DNA of 64,000 bases from an uncultured Actinomycetota bacterium (GCA_963749905.1 CAVVOF010000006.1:318379-382378), one strand, 5' to 3'. Numbered from the stretch's first letter, positions 1 through 11,567 are shown. Notes: generated from the letters alone by a model not told the origin. Numbers and translations are program-made.

Positions 1-339
1 TTCCGCATCAACTGCGCCCAGTGCCACCAGGCGGCCGGCCAGGGTGGCGCCCTGACCCACGGCAAGTACGCGCCGAGCCTGATGGAGTCCACTCCGCAGG
101 TCATCTACGAGGCGATGCTCACCGGCCCGCAGAACATGCCGGTGTTCAGCGAGGCCACGCTGCCGACCGAGGAGAAGCAGGCCATCATCGCCTACGTCCA
201 GCACCTGCAGGACGCCCCGAGCCAGGGCGGCCTGAACCTCGGCCGCTTCGGCCCTGTCACGGAAGGCGTCTTCCTCGCCCTTGCCATCTTCGCCGCACTG
301 ATCGGGGCGGCCGTCTGGATCGGAATCAAGTCGCGATGA
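1..339 (+). CDS. qcrC: cytochrome bc1 diheme cytochrome c subunit, 3' part (5' end outside window)
   Basis: Frame 1 reads FRINCAQCHQ (CxxCH) ...GPQNMPVF...GRFGPVTEG then a C-terminal TM helix; stop overlaps the qcrA ATG (ATGA). Confidence 0.93.
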   Translation, partial: FRINCAQCHQAAGQGGALTHGKYAPSLMESTPQVIYEAMLTGPQNMPVFSEATLPTEEKQAIIAYVQHLQDAPSQGGLNLGRFGPVTEGVFLALAIFAALIGAAVWIGIKSR

Positions 340-1401
340 CCGACATCACGCCCCACGAGGGTCACGACAAGGGCCACGCGAGCGCCCCGGCGAAGCTGGG
401 CTACTCCCCCGTGGCCGACATCCCGCACAAGCCGCGCGCCACCGACACCGACCCCAAGGCGGCCCGACGCGCCGAGCGCCAGATCACATCGATGTTCCTG
501 CTGTCGATGCTCTTCGTGGTGCTGTTCATCGTCGGCTACGTGACGATCGATCCGACCACGACCGTCTACATCCCCGTACTCGGCGATGTCGGCTTCAGCA
601 ACGTCATCCTCGGCCTGACCCTCGGCATGTCCATCTTCCTGATCGGCGCCGGGGCCATCCAGTGGGCCAAGAAGCTGATGCCCGACGTGGAGGTCGTCCA
701 GGAGCGGCACGAGATGGCCTCCCCCCGGCGCGCGACCGCCGAGTCGGTGGCCAACTACGAGCGGGGCAAGGAGGAGTCCGGCTTCGCCCGGTTCAAGATG
801 ATCCGCCGCACCCTGATCGGCGCCATGGTGCTCTTCCCGATCCCGCTGGTCGTCGTCCTGCGCGACCTGTGGACGGCCACCCCGGCCGAGGAGGGCAAGT
901 CCCCTGCGGACCTGCTGTCCACGACCCTGTGGACCGCGGGCTCACGGATCGTCTCGGACGGCACCTACAACCCCGTCCGGCCCGAGGACCTCCCGGTGGG
1001 CGGCCTGGTCTCCGCCGTTCCCGAGGACCTCGAGGAGGTCGAGGAGATCGAGGGCAACTTCAACGCGCGCACCAAGGCGGCGATCATCCTGGTGCGGATG
1101 GATCCCGAGCGAGATCCGCGCTCAGCAGGGCGACGGCTGGGACTACCAGGGCATCCTCGCCTACTCGAAGATCTGCACCCATGTGGGCTGCCCGATCGCC
1201 CTGTACGAGCAGCGCACCCACCACCTGCTGTGCCCCTGCCACCAGTCGACCTTCGACCTCGCCGACGCCGGCAACGTCGTCTTCGGCCCGGCCGCCCGGG
1301 CCATGCCGCAGTTGCCGATCGGCGTGGATGAGGAGGGCTTCCTCGTCGCCCTCTCCGACTTCCAACAACCTGTCGGACCGAGTTTCTGGGAGCGCGGATG
1401 A
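336..1401 (+). CDS. qcrA: Rieske iron-sulfur subunit (one apparent frameshift near 1106)
   Basis: N-terminal TM helices in ORF 21..1331; Rieske motifs CTHVGC and CPCHQS in the frame ending at 1401. Confidence 0.93.
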
Positions 1402-3133
1402 CCACGACCAGCCCGGTAGAGAAGGCTGGCGGCGCAACGGCGACGTACGTCGACCAGCGCATCGGCAGCAACAAGTTCCTGTCCCGCAACCTCGGCAAGG
1501 TCTTCCCCGACCACTGGTCGTTCATGCTGGGCGAGATCGCGCTCTACAGCTTCATCGTGGTGATGCTGACCGGCGTGTTCCTGACCCTGTGGTTCAAGCC
1601 TTCCATGGCCGAGGTGATCTACGACGGCTCCTACGTCCCGCTCAAGGGCATCCACATGTCCCAGGCCTACGAGTCGACGCTGGAGATCTCCTTCGACGTT
1701 CGCGGCGGCCTGCTCATTCGCCAGATGCACCACTGGTCGGCACTGATCTTCATCGCGGCGATGGCCGTCCACATGTTCCGGGTCTTCTTCACCGGCGCGT
1801 TCCGCAAGCCGCGTGAGTTCAACTGGCTGATCGGCGTGGTCCTGACCACCCTCGGCCTGCTGGCCGGCTTCTCCGGCTACTCGCTGCCGGACGACCTGCT
1901 CTCCGGCACCGGCCTGCAGATCGCCCGCGGCATCGTCCAGGCAGTACCCATCGTCGGCACCTGGGCGGCCTTCCTGCTCTTCGATGGCGAGTTCCCGGGC
2001 ACGGAGTTCATCTCGCGCCTGTACGGGATCCACATCCTGCTCATCCCGGGCCTGATCCTGGCGCTGGTGACCGTCCACCTCATGCTGGTGTGGACGCAGA
2101 AGCACACCCAGTTCCCCGGCCCCGGCCGCACGAACGACGAACGTGGTCGGCTACCCGCTGCTCCCGGTCTACATGGCCAAGGCGGGCGGCTTCTTCTTCG
2201 TCGTCTTCGGCATCATCGCCCTGGTCAGCGGCCTGGTCACGATCAACCCGATCTGGATCTTCGGGCCGTTCATGCCCGATCAAGTGTCCGCGGGCTCCCA
2301 GCCCGACTGGTACATCGGCTTCCTCGACGGCGCCCTACGCGTCATGCCGAACTGGGAGACGGTGATCTTCGGCTGGACGATCTCGTGGAACATCTTCATC
2401 CCCGCACTGGTCGTGCCCGGGCATCCTGTTCACCGCGCTCGGCCTCTATCCGTTCATCGAGTCCTGGGTCACCGGCGACAAGCGCGAGCACAACCTGCTC
2501 GACCGCCCGCGCAACGCCCCGACCCGGACCGCCTTCGGCATGATGGCGATCTCGTTCTATGTCCTGCTCTGGGTGGGCGGAGCCAACGACATCATCGCGG
2601 TCGCCTTCGACCTGTCGATCAACTCGATCATCTGGTTCCTGCGGATCGCGCTGTTCGTCGTGCCGCCGATCGTCTTCCTCGCCACCCGGCGCGCGTGCCT
2701 CGGCCTGCAGCGACGGGACCGCGAGAAGCTCCTGCACGGGTACGAGTCCGGGCGCATCCTGCGGCTCCCGCACGGTGAGTTCATCGAGGTGCACCAGCCG
2801 CTGTCCGAGAAGGACCTCGCGGTGATCACCTCGAAGGTCGACCACGAGCCGCTGCCGGCGCCGGACAAGGCGGACGCCGACGGAGTGCGCAACAAGGCGT
2901 ACCGGGTGCAGTCCCTCCGGCACAAGCTGAGCGTGTTCTTCTACGGCGCGAACGTGGCGAAGCCCAGCGCCGCGGAGATCGAGGCCGGGCAGCACCACGT
3001 GGCCCACGACGCCGAGATCGAGGCACCCCTGCACGACTACGAGGACGACGACGAGTTCCGGCGGGCGCACGGCGGCGTGCTGCACCACCCGGGCATGGCC
3101 GAGACCAACCGAGAGCAGCAGGCCGAGCACTAG
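1398..3133 (+). CDS. qcrB: cytochrome b subunit (apparent frameshifts near 2139 and 2420)
   Basis: [31 protein letters not shown] and LLHGYESG motifs spread over three consecutive ORFs. Confidence 0.94.
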
Positions 3134-3141
3134 GAGCGGGC

Positions 3142-3168
3142 CCGTAGGGCCCCAGAGCGGCCCTACGG
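3142..3168. terminator. hairpin between convergent genes
   Basis: ccgtagggcc-N7-ggccctacgg just after the qcrB stop. Confidence 0.6.
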
Positions 3169-3715
3169 TCAGCTCGGGGTCCACGAGGTACCGCAGGGCC
3201 GCGAAATCGCCGTTGCGACCCTCCTCGGCCAGCGTGAGGCCCATCGGGACAGGCAGCACGGGCGTGCCCGCGCCCAGGACCACCGGCGCCACGCTCAGCC
3301 AGACCTCGTCGATCAGGCCCGCGCGGGCGAAGGCTCCCGCGGTGGCCCCTCCCCCGGCCAGCCACAGGTCGGCCTCGCCAGCCGCCGCGCGCATCTGCTC
3401 GAGCACGGCATCAGGGGCCGCGTCGGTGAACGTGAGGTCGGCGCCGACCGGCACCCGCTCGACAGCGCGATGGGTCAGGACCCAGCCGGGCTGCCGGTGC
3501 GGCCAGGGGAGGTCAGGGTCGGCCAGGGGGCCGCTCATCAGCCAGTCGAAGGTGGTCCGGCCCATGACGATGGCACCGATGCCGGCGTCGAAGGTCGTCC
3601 AGCCCAGCAGCCCCTCGGGATCGCTGTCCCGGCCTTCCAGCCAGTCGAGCGAGCCGGCCGCGTCTGCGGCGTACCCGTCGACGCTGGCCGCGCTGTAGTA
3701 GATCAACCGGCCCAT
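3169..3715 (-). CDS. dihydrofolate reductase / RibD C-terminal family protein
   Basis: YYSAASVDGY, VMGRTTF, WLAGGG, GLIDE, PVVLGAG motifs; end inferred, since removing one C near 3176 gives ...VDPS* at 3169. Confidence 0.8.
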
Positions 3716-3723
3716 GGCGGCCC

Positions 3724-4083
3724 TCAGCCTGGCTCACGGCGCGACGAGAGCACGCAGAACTCGTTGCCCTCGGGATCCGCCAGCACCACCCAGCTCACCG
3801 CTTCCTGCCCGATGTCGACCCGCCGGGCGCCCATGGCCACCAGCCGGGCAACCTCGGACTCCTGGTCATCCGGTCGGAAGTCCAGGTGCAGGCGGTTCTT
3901 CACCACCCGCGGATCCGTGACGGAGACGAACAGCAGCCCGGGCAGCTGGTCCGCCGACTCCCGGATCTCCACCTCGTCCTGCCCCTCGTCGACGGTCACC
4001 CAGCCGAGGGCCGCCGCCCACCACGCCCCCAGGGCCCGCGGATCCTGCGCGTCGACGACGACCTGCTCCCACACGAGTGCCAT
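3724..4083 (-). CDS. VOC / glyoxalase-like family protein
   Basis: QVVVDAQDP...KNRLHLD...WVVLADPEGNEFCV. Confidence 0.9.
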   Translation of the reverse strand: MALVWEQVVVDAQDPRALGAWWAAALGWVTVDEGQDEVEIRESADQLPGLLFVSVTDPRVVKNRLHLDFRPDDQESEVARLVAMGARRVDIGQEAVSWVVLADPEGNEFCVLSSRREPG

Positions 4084-4128
4084 GACGCGACCCTGCCACG
4101 CGGAGCCGGCCGAGGCTAGGGTGCCGTG

Positions 4129-4716
4129 ATGACCCACGGGCCCGACGACATCGGTCACATGCACTTCCACGCCCTCGAGGACATGACGGTCCCGGACTTC
4201 GAGGTCCTGGCACGCGTCCACGAGTCCAACCTGGCGAACCTGCCGACCCTGCTGCTCTCGATGCTGGACAGCCTGGGCGGGGACGACGCCTATCCGGTCG
4301 ACCGCCGCACCCACAGCCTCCAGGCGGCCACCCGGGCGCTGCGGGACGGCCGCGACGAGGAGTACGTCGTGGTGACCCTGCTCCACGACATCGCCGAGAC
4401 CCTGGGGCCGCTGAACCATGGCGAGGTGATCGCCGCCGTCCTCAAGCCGTTCATCGGCGAGGCGAACCACTGGATGCTCGAGCACCACCCGCTGTTCCAG
4501 ACCTACTTCTACGGCGGCCAGGTCGGCATCGACCCGAACGCGCGGGACGCGTACCGCGACAGCCCGTACTTCGACCGGACAGCCGAGTTCTGCGCGCGGT
4601 ACGACGAGGTCTCCTTCGACCCCGACTACCCGAGCGAGCCGGTCGAGACCTTCATCCCGATGGTCGAACGTGTCCTGTCGACGACGTGGACGCCGCCCAC
4701 CACGCACACGTCCTGA
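4129..4716 (+). CDS. HD-domain metalloenzyme (PhnZ/MIOX-like)
   Basis: HSLQAATRA, LLHDI, NHG, EHH and terminal YD motifs; TAGGGT 6 nt before the ATG. Confidence 0.85.
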   Translation: MTHGPDDIGHMHFHALEDMTVPDFEVLARVHESNLANLPTLLLSMLDSLGGDDAYPVDRRTHSLQAATRALRDGRDEEYVVVTLLHDIAETLGPLNHGEVIAAVLKPFIGEANHWMLEHHPLFQTYFYGGQVGIDPNARDAYRDSPYFDRTAEFCARYDEVSFDPDYPSEPVETFIPMVERVLSTTWTPPTTHTS

Positions 4717-4740
4717 CGGCCAGCGGCGCAGGGGCTCACG

Positions 4741-5455
4741 TCAGCAGCGGCACGCGGGGCCCTGCGGCAGGGCGCCCCGCGCGGCCACGAGCACCTCGGC
4801 CTCGTCGCCCTGCGGGATCAGGGACGGCGTTCCGCAGACCGTGACCCGGGCCCGCTCCCAGGGCCGGTCGTCGGCCAGGAAGCGCTCCTCCGCACTCCCC
4901 CACTCCGCCCAGAAGGAGACCACCTCGGCGGTGCCGCCGTCCCGCTCGATCCCGCGTCGGTTCGCCTCGGCGTGGTCCGACTGCACCCACACGGTCGCGT
5001 CCAGGAGTGTGCTCAAGCTGCGACGTGCGGACCCGACCCCCTCGACCAGCACGACGGGCGTCCCGGCCGCCACGGTGATCGCACCGCTGCGACCCCGCAC
5101 CTCCCAGGCCGGCGGCCGGAAGTCCACCGCCTCGCCGCGGCGCAGGGGAAGCAGCACCCGCGCGGCCAGCAGGTGGTCCCAGCCGAAGAACGACTCGTAC
5201 CAGGCGACGTCGTCCGTGTGGATGACGATCGATCCGGGGATGGCCACGGCCAGCGCAGATGCCGCCGTCGTCTTGCCGCTTCCGGAACGGCCGTCCACGG
5301 CCACCACCCACGGCCGGTCCCGGGCCGCCACCGCACCTGCGAGCAGGTCAGCGGCAACCGTGCGCCAGGTCGTCGCCTGCCAGCCGGCGACGACGGGCTC
5401 CCCCGGAAACGGACGGATCCCCGACCCGGGGGGCCGAGGATCCGTCGTAGGTCAT
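4741..5455 (-). CDS. uridine-kinase-like P-loop protein (start inferred across a probable frameshift near 5400)
   Basis: VAVDGRSGSGKTT, IHTDD, LVEGVG, E..F...DRPWERA. Confidence 0.78.
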
Positions 5456-5460
5456 GGCGA

Positions 5461-5857
5461 TCAGTGGGCGAAGTCGCCCCGGTAGTACTCGAACAGCCAG
5501 CCGACGAGGGCGAGCACGAGGAAGAACACCCCGGCCACGATGACCCACACGGCGAAGATCAGGCCGAGCACGACCACGAAGGCGGCCGCAGCCGATGGCC
5601 AGCGGCCACCAGGAGTGCGGGCTGAAGAACCCGTACTCGGGATCGGCCTCGTCGATGTTCCCGTCCAGCCGGTCTTCGGGCCGGGGGTACACCCGCTTGG
5701 CGGTGTACAGCACGTAGAAGCCGACGATGAAGGCCAGCCCGGCCGACATCGCCAGCGCGGTGGTACCGATCGGGTCCCGCGAGAAGTACCAGTAGATGAT
5801 CGAGATCGGCAGGAAGAAGATCGCTCCCAGCCCGAAGATCCAGCCTTCGATCTTCAC
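5461..5857 (-). CDS. ctaF: cytochrome c oxidase subunit 4 (frameshift near 5590)
   Basis: [19 protein letters not shown]; C-terminus [13 protein letters not shown] in the shifted frame. Confidence 0.9.
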
Positions 5858-7582
5858 TTCTGCTCCCCTTCGACGGCTCCGCTCGCGCTACCGCTGACCG
5901 GCGTATGCGCACCCGCAGCGGCCAGCTCCGGATGGTGCAGGTCGAAGGCCGGGCGCTCCGAGCGGATCTTCGGCAGCGAGACGAAGTTGTGCCGCGGCGG
6001 CGGGCAGGAGGTGGCCCACTCGAGCGAGCCGCCCCAGCCCCACGGGTCGTCGACGCCCACCATCGGTGCCGTGCGCCAGGTCTTGATCACGTTCCAGATG
6101 AAGAACAGTGTCGAGATGCCGAGCATGGCCGCGCCGAGCGTGGAGATCTGGTTGAACAGCTCGAAGTCGTCGGCCGGCAGGTAGTCGCCGTACCGGCGGG
6201 GCATGCCCTGCACGCCCAGCCAGTGCTGGATCAGGAAGGTGACCTGGAAGCCGACGAACAGCAGCCAGAAGTGGATCTTGCCGAGCCGCTCGTCGAGCAT
6301 GCGCCCGGTCATCTTCGGCCACCAGAAGTACAGGCCCGCGAAGAACAGGAACACGACCGTGCCGAACACCGTGTAGTGGAAGTGGGCCACCACGAAGTAG
6401 CTGTCCGACACGTGGAAGTCCAGCGGCGGCGCCGACAGGATGATGCCCGGTCAGGCCGCCGAACAGGAACGTGATCAGGAAGCCCATGGTCCACAGCATC
6501 GGCGTCTGGAAGGAGACGGAGCCCTTCCACATGGTGCCGATCCAGTTGAAGAACTTCACGCCCGTCGGCACCGCGATCAGCATCGTCATGATCGCGAAGT
6601 ACGGCAGGTAGATCGAGCCGGTCACGTACAGGTGGTGGGCCCACACCGCCATCGACAGGGCGCCGATGGCGAGGGTGGCGAACACCAGACCCTTGTAGCC
6701 GAAGATCGGCTTGCGGGAGAACACCGGGATGATCTCCGAGGCGATGCCGAAGAACGGCAGGGCCAGGATGTACACCTCGGGATGGCCGAAGAACCAGAAC
6801 AGGTGCTGCCAGAGGATGGCTCCGCCGTTCTCCGGAGCGAACACCAGCGCGCCGTACTGGCGGTCGATGAAGGCCATCGCGAGGGCGGCGGCGAGCACCG
6901 GGAAGCACAGGATCACCAGGATGCTCGTGACGAAGATCGTCCACGTGAAGATCGGCATCCGGAACATGGTCATGCCGGGCGCGCGCATGGTGAAGATCGT
7001 GGTGATGAAGTTGACCGCACCGAGGATGGTGCCCAGGCCGCCCATGGCGAGGCCGAGGTACCAGAGATCGGCGCCGACCTCGGGCGAGTAGACCGCGTTG
7101 CTGAGCGGCGCGTACGCGAACCAGCCGAAGGCGGCGGCGCCACCCGGCGTCAGGAAGCCCAGGGCCGCCGTCAGGCCGCCGAAGAAGAACAGCCAGTACC
7201 CCAGCATGTTCAGCCGGGGGAAGGCGACGTCGGGGGCGCCGATCTGCAGGGGCATGATCACGTTGCCGAAGCCGACGAACAGCGGCGTCGCGAACAGGAA
7301 CAGCATGATCGTGCCGTGCATCGTGAACAGCTGGTTGTACTGCTCCAGCGAGACGAACTGCAGGCCCGGGACGGTCAGCTCAGCCCGGATCGCGAGGGCC
7401 ATGAGCCCGGCCACGAAGAACCAGAACGTGGCGGTGACCAGGTACATGTAGCCGATGACCTTGTGGTCGGTCGAGGTGACCCACTTGATGAGCGAGGAGC
7501 CCCATCGACGCTTCTTGGCCTCGTGCCGCGACTCGTCCGCCGCGCCGGAGGCGGCGACCGGCGGTTCACTCAGGATGGTCAT
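5854..7582 (-). CDS. ctaD: cytochrome c oxidase subunit I (frameshift near 6447)
   Basis: [35 protein letters not shown]. Confidence 0.96.
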
Positions 7583-8445
7583 GTCGTCCTCTCATCCGGC
7601 ATCTGGCCGTCGTCGTTGCTGATGCCGGTGTCGAACAGCCCGGACTGACCTCGTGCCTTGAGGTCGGCGACGTACTGGTCGAACTCGGCCTTCTCGACGA
7701 CCCGCACATTGAACAACATGCGGGCGTGGTCAACGCCGCAGAGCTCGGCGCACTTGCCAGCGTAGGTGCCCACCTTGTCGGGGGTGAGCTCGAAGACATT
7801 GGTCTTGCCGGGGATGACGTCCATCTTGAACAGGAAGGCCGGCACCCAGAAGGAGTGGATGACGTCCGGCGAGACGAGCTCGAACCGGACCTTCTCGCCC
7901 ACCGGGAGCACCAGCTCGGCCGGCAGGTCGGGCGAGCCGACCGCGTAGGCGTCCTGGTCCATGTAGTTGAAGGCCCAGTTCCAGCGGAAGCCGACCACTT
8001 CGACGGTCATGTCCTGGTTGTTCTCGACCGCCAGGATCTCGGACTGGTCCCGGACGGTGAACCAGAACAGGCCGAGGACCATGATCAGCGGGAGGACGGT
8101 GTAGAGGATCTCGATCGGGATGTTGTACTTCGTCTGCTCGGGCACGTCGTCCTTGTGCCGGCGACGGTAGGCGACGGCCGCCCAGAGCATCAGTCCCCAG
8201 GTGACGATGCCCACCGCCCAGGCCGCGATCCAGGACCCGTTCCAGAGGTTCTGGATGATCAGGCCCTCCTTGGTGGCCGGATCGGGCAGGTCCAGGAAGA
8301 GGATCTCGTTCGCCGTGCAGCCCGAGGCCGTCAAGGTGATGGCTAGGGCTCCTAGCCCCAAAGCGGCGGCACGCCAGCGTCGCCGCGACGTGCCCTGCTG
8401 GTGGTGAGGTGTTCCCACGGGGAGCACCTGGCTCGACTGCCGCAC
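7579..8445 (-). CDS. ctaC: cytochrome c oxidase subunit II
   Basis: Lipobox-like [14 protein letters not shown], CuA motif [12 protein letters not shown]. Confidence 0.95.
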   Translation of the reverse strand: MRQSSQVLPVGTPHHQQGTSRRRWRAAALGLGALAITLTASGCTANEILFLDLPDPATKEGLIIQNLWNGSWIAAWAVGIVTWGLMLWAAVAYRRRHKDDVPEQTKYNIPIEILYTVLPLIMVLGLFWFTVRDQSEILAVENNQDMTVEVVGFRWNWAFNYMDQDAYAVGSPDLPAELVLPVGEKVRFELVSPDVIHSFWVPAFLFKMDVIPGKTNVFELTPDKVGTYAGKCAELCGVDHARMLFNVRVVEKAEFDQYVADLKARGQSGLFDTGISNDDGQMPDERTT

Positions 8446-8585
8446 GGATCGCCTTCCTCTGTGGTGGACGCGGGCAGACTAGCGCACCCCGCCGCCCCTA
8501 TGTGGGTACCCCCGCGCGCACGACAGGATCGTTGTAATGGGCTCGGCCCCTCGTGCGCAGGCCCATATCGAGTTAGCGTGGATTT

Positions 8586-9758
8586 GTGCCGTTTCCTGAC
8601 GATTCCGCCGATTCCCCCGATCTCGCCGGATCGAGGCTGCCGTCAACCGCCCCACGGCCCCCAGAGGGCTATCTGGACGCCGTGGGCGGTCAGCCGATGC
8701 TCCCCGTCGCCGCTGCCGCCTGGCAGGCCGCCGCCGCCCAGGGGTGGAGCGATCCGGCGCGGCTGCACCACCAGGGTCGGGTAGCGGGACAGCTGCTGGA
8801 CGCGGCTCGGACCTCCTTCGCCCAGCTCCTGGGTATCCGGGCTGACGAGGTGTTCCTGACGTCGTCCGGCCCCACCGCCGTCGCGCACGCGGTCGAGGGC
8901 CTGTGCCGGATCCCGGGCGCCGAGAGTCGCGTCGTGGCCTCGGCCATGGAGACGATGGCCGTGCTCGCCCCCGCGGACCAGTGGGCCGGCGAGGTCGACC
9001 TCGTGCCGGTGGACGAACAGGGGCGCATGGACCAGGACGCCTTCGCCAAGGCACTGGCCCGGCCCGCGGCGCTCGCCTGTGTCCAGGCCGCCAGTCCCGA
9101 GGTCGGGACCCGCCAGGACCTGCCCCGGGTTGCTGCAGCCGCCCGTGCGGCCGGCGTCCCGCTGCTCGTGCACGCAGTGCAGGTGATCGGACGTGGTCCC
9201 GTGCCGACCGAATGGGACCTGCTGGCCGCTTCTGCCCGTGACTGGGGCGGTCCGGCCGGCGTCGGGCTGCTGGCGGTGCGCAGCGGGCTGGCCTGGCGTC
9301 CCGAGCAGAGTCCCGACCGGGGCTGGCTGGGCGGGTTCCCTGACGTCCCGGGGGCGGTGGCCGCCGCGCGGGCGTGGGAGTACGTGCAGGCGGTGGCCGA
9401 TGACGAGGCCGAGCGCGCCTTCGCCCTGACGCAGCGCCTTCGCGCCGAGCTGCCCCAGGTCGCCGACGGCATCGACGTCGTGGGGCACCCGACCGATCGA
9501 CTGCCCCACATCGTCACCTTCACCTGCACCGACGTCGTCGGGGAACAGCTCGTCCATGAGCTGTCGCGGCACGCCGTCAGCGTGGCCAGCGGGTCCGCCT
9601 GCACGGCGGACGCCCGCATGCCCAGCCAGGCACTCGTGGCCATGGGGGTCGCCTCGGCTGCGTCGATCCGGGTGTCCCTGCCACTCGGCTGCTCGACGAG
9701 CAGCGTGGATCGGCTCCTGGAGGTCCTGCCCCAGGCGCTCGCGGCCGGTCGCGCCTGA
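8586..9758 (+). CDS. IscS/NifS-like class V aminotransferase-fold protein with degenerate PLP site (start uncertain)
   Basis: YLD, DPARLH, SPEVGTRQ, WGGPAGVG, ASGSACT, IRVSL; canonical HK appears as RD. Confidence 0.85.
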   Translation: MPFPDDSADSPDLAGSRLPSTAPRPPEGYLDAVGGQPMLPVAAAAWQAAAAQGWSDPARLHHQGRVAGQLLDAARTSFAQLLGIRADEVFLTSSGPTAVAHAVEGLCRIPGAESRVVASAMETMAVLAPADQWAGEVDLVPVDEQGRMDQDAFAKALARPAALACVQAASPEVGTRQDLPRVAAAARAAGVPLLVHAVQVIGRGPVPTEWDLLAASARDWGGPAGVGLLAVRSGLAWRPEQSPDRGWLGGFPDVPGAVAAARAWEYVQAVADDEAERAFALTQRLRAELPQVADGIDVVGHPTDRLPHIVTFTCTDVVGEQLVHELSRHAVSVASGSACTADARMPSQALVAMGVASAASIRVSLPLGCSTSSVDRLLEVLPQALAAGRA

Positions 9759-9780
9759 GCGGCGTCCCCCGGGCCTGGCT

Positions 9781-10446
9781 CTACTTCGCCGCCAGGCAGC
9801 CCGGCAGGTCGAGGGCGAGCGCGAGCCGGGCCAGGTACTCGCTCCTCCGGATCTCCACGACGCCGAGAGTGGCCAGGTGGTCCGTGCGCCACTGCACGTC
9901 CAGCAGCCGGTCGTCACCGCAGTCCCGCAGCCGCTGCACCAAGGTCACTAGCGCCGCCTTGGACGCGTCGGTCACCCGATGGAACATCGACTCGCCCGCG
10001 AACAGGCCACCGATCTCGACGCCGTAGAGGCCGCCGACCAGCTCGTCCCCTTCCCAGACCTCGACCGAATGCGCCCAGCCCAGCCGATGGAGCTCGGCGT
10101 AGGTGGCCACGAAGTCCGGCGTGATCCAGGCACCGTCCTCCCGGCCCTCGGCGCACGCATGCATCACGTCCACGAATGCGGTGTCGAACGAGTAGCGGAA
10201 CCGCCGCAGCGACCGACGTAGGGATCGGCTGACGTGCAGGCCGCCCAGCGGCAGCACCCCGCGGGGATCGGGCGACCACCAGGCCAGCTCACCCGAGGCC
10301 AGGTGCATCGGGAAGAGGCCGGTGGCGTAGGCCGCGAAGACCGTCGAGACCTCAAGGTCCGCGCCGACGGCGACCACGTCCATGCCGGGTTCCGCGACGG
10401 CCGGGTCGGGCAGGACCCAGCGGCACGGCTCGGGAAGCTCGGGCAT
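9781..10446 (-). CDS. aat: leucyl/phenylalanyl-tRNA-protein transferase
   Basis: AYATGLFPM, WWSPDPRG, AHSVEVW, LVGGLYG, FAGESMF, DASK. Confidence 0.95.
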   Translation of the reverse strand: MPELPEPCRWVLPDPAVAEPGMDVVAVGADLEVSTVFAAYATGLFPMHLASGELAWWSPDPRGVLPLGGLHVSRSLRRSLRRFRYSFDTAFVDVMHACAEGREDGAWITPDFVATYAELHRLGWAHSVEVWEGDELVGGLYGVEIGGLFAGESMFHRVTDASKAALVTLVQRLRDCGDDRLLDVQWRTDHLATLGVVEIRRSEYLARLALALDLPGCLAAK

Positions 10447-10483
10447 CAGCCGCCCTCCCTCGACGTACGCGATCGGCGAGTGA

Positions 10484-11470
10484 TCAGGGGCGCGGGCACA
10501 CGACGTGCGGCTCCACGTCCGCCGCCGCGTCATCCCCGTAGGCCTTGGCCATCCGCTCGAGGAAGTGTGTCCGGGCGAGCTCGTACTCCTGGGTGCCGAT
10601 GGTCTCGATGACATACGTCGCCAGCAACGCACCGAGCTGCGCCGAGCGCTCGTCGCTGAGGCCCCATGCCTGCCCGCTCAGGAAGCCGGCACGGAAGGCG
10701 TCGCCCACGCCGGTGGGATCCGCCTTGCGGTCCTCCTCGGCCACGGCCACGGTGACCGGGGCCTCCCCGCGTCGCTCGACTCGGGCGCCGTCGGGACCGA
10801 GCGTCGTGACCCGCACCTCGACCTGGCTGGTGATGTCGGTCGTCGACCACCCGGTCTTGTGCTCGATGAGCGCGGACTCGTACTCGTTCACGAACAGGAA
10901 CGTGGCGCCCTCGATCAGCGGCGTGATCTCGTGGCCCTCCATGCGGGCGAGCTGCTGGGACGGGTCGGCTGCGAACGGGTAGCCGCGGAAGCGGCACTCC
11001 TCGGTGTGCCGCAGCATCGCCTCGGGGTCGTTCGCGCCGATGAGCACGACCTCGGCGCGGCCGATCCGGTCGACGACGGGGCGCAGTTCGATGTTGCGGG
11101 CCTCCGACATCGCGCCCGGGTAGAACGAGGCGATCTGGTTCTGCTCGGAGTCCGTCGTGCAGACGAAGCGAGCGGTGTGCCGGGACTCGGACACGCGGAC
11201 GCCGCTGGTGTCCACGTTGTGCCGCTGCAGCCACGACTCGTAGTCGGCGAAGTCCGGGCCGACGGCCCCGACGAGCACCGGGCGCAGGCCCAGGCAGCCC
11301 ATGCCGAAGGCGATGTTCGGGGCCACTCCCCCGCGACGGACCTCGAGCTCCTCGACCAGGAAGGACAGGGAGACCTTGTCCAGCTTGTCGGCGACGAGCG
11401 AGTCGGAGAACCGACCCGGGAACGTCATGAGGTGGTCGGTAGCGATGGACCCGGTGATGATGATCGACAC
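10484..11470 (-). CDS. adoK: PfkB-family carbohydrate kinase, adenosine kinase type
   Basis: TGSIATDHLM, RRGGVAPNIA, DPTGVGDAFRAG. Confidence 0.88.
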   Translation of the reverse strand: MSIIITGSIATDHLMTFPGRFSDSLVADKLDKVSLSFLVEELEVRRGGVAPNIAFGMGCLGLRPVLVGAVGPDFADYESWLQRHNVDTSGVRVSESRHTARFVCTTDSEQNQIASFYPGAMSEARNIELRPVVDRIGRAEVVLIGANDPEAMLRHTEECRFRGYPFAADPSQQLARMEGHEITPLIEGATFLFVNEYESALIEHKTGWSTTDITSQVEVRVTTLGPDGARVERRGEAPVTVAVAEEDRKADPTGVGDAFRAGFLSGQAWGLSDERSAQLGALLATYVIETIGTQEYELARTHFLERMAKAYGDDAAADVEPHVVCPRP

Positions 11471-11506
11471 GGGTGGCGACCCTACCGCCTATCCGTGCCA
11501 GCAAAC

Positions 11507-11567
11507 GCCGAGTGGCGGGTAGTGCAGGCCCAACGCGGGGTTGGCCCTGCACTACCCGCCACTCGGC
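11507..11567. repeat. long intergenic inverted repeat (28-bp arms, 1 mismatch, 5-nt loop)
   Basis: gccgagtggcgggtagtgcaggcccaac-gcggg-gttggccctgcactacccgccactcggc. Confidence 0.9.

Noticed and set aside
2396-3715. 439-aa ORF overlapping qcrB antisense
   Set aside because: Only the first ~180 aa are RibD-C-like; the rest is read-through past a stop restored by removing one base, and a terminator hairpin lies at that point.
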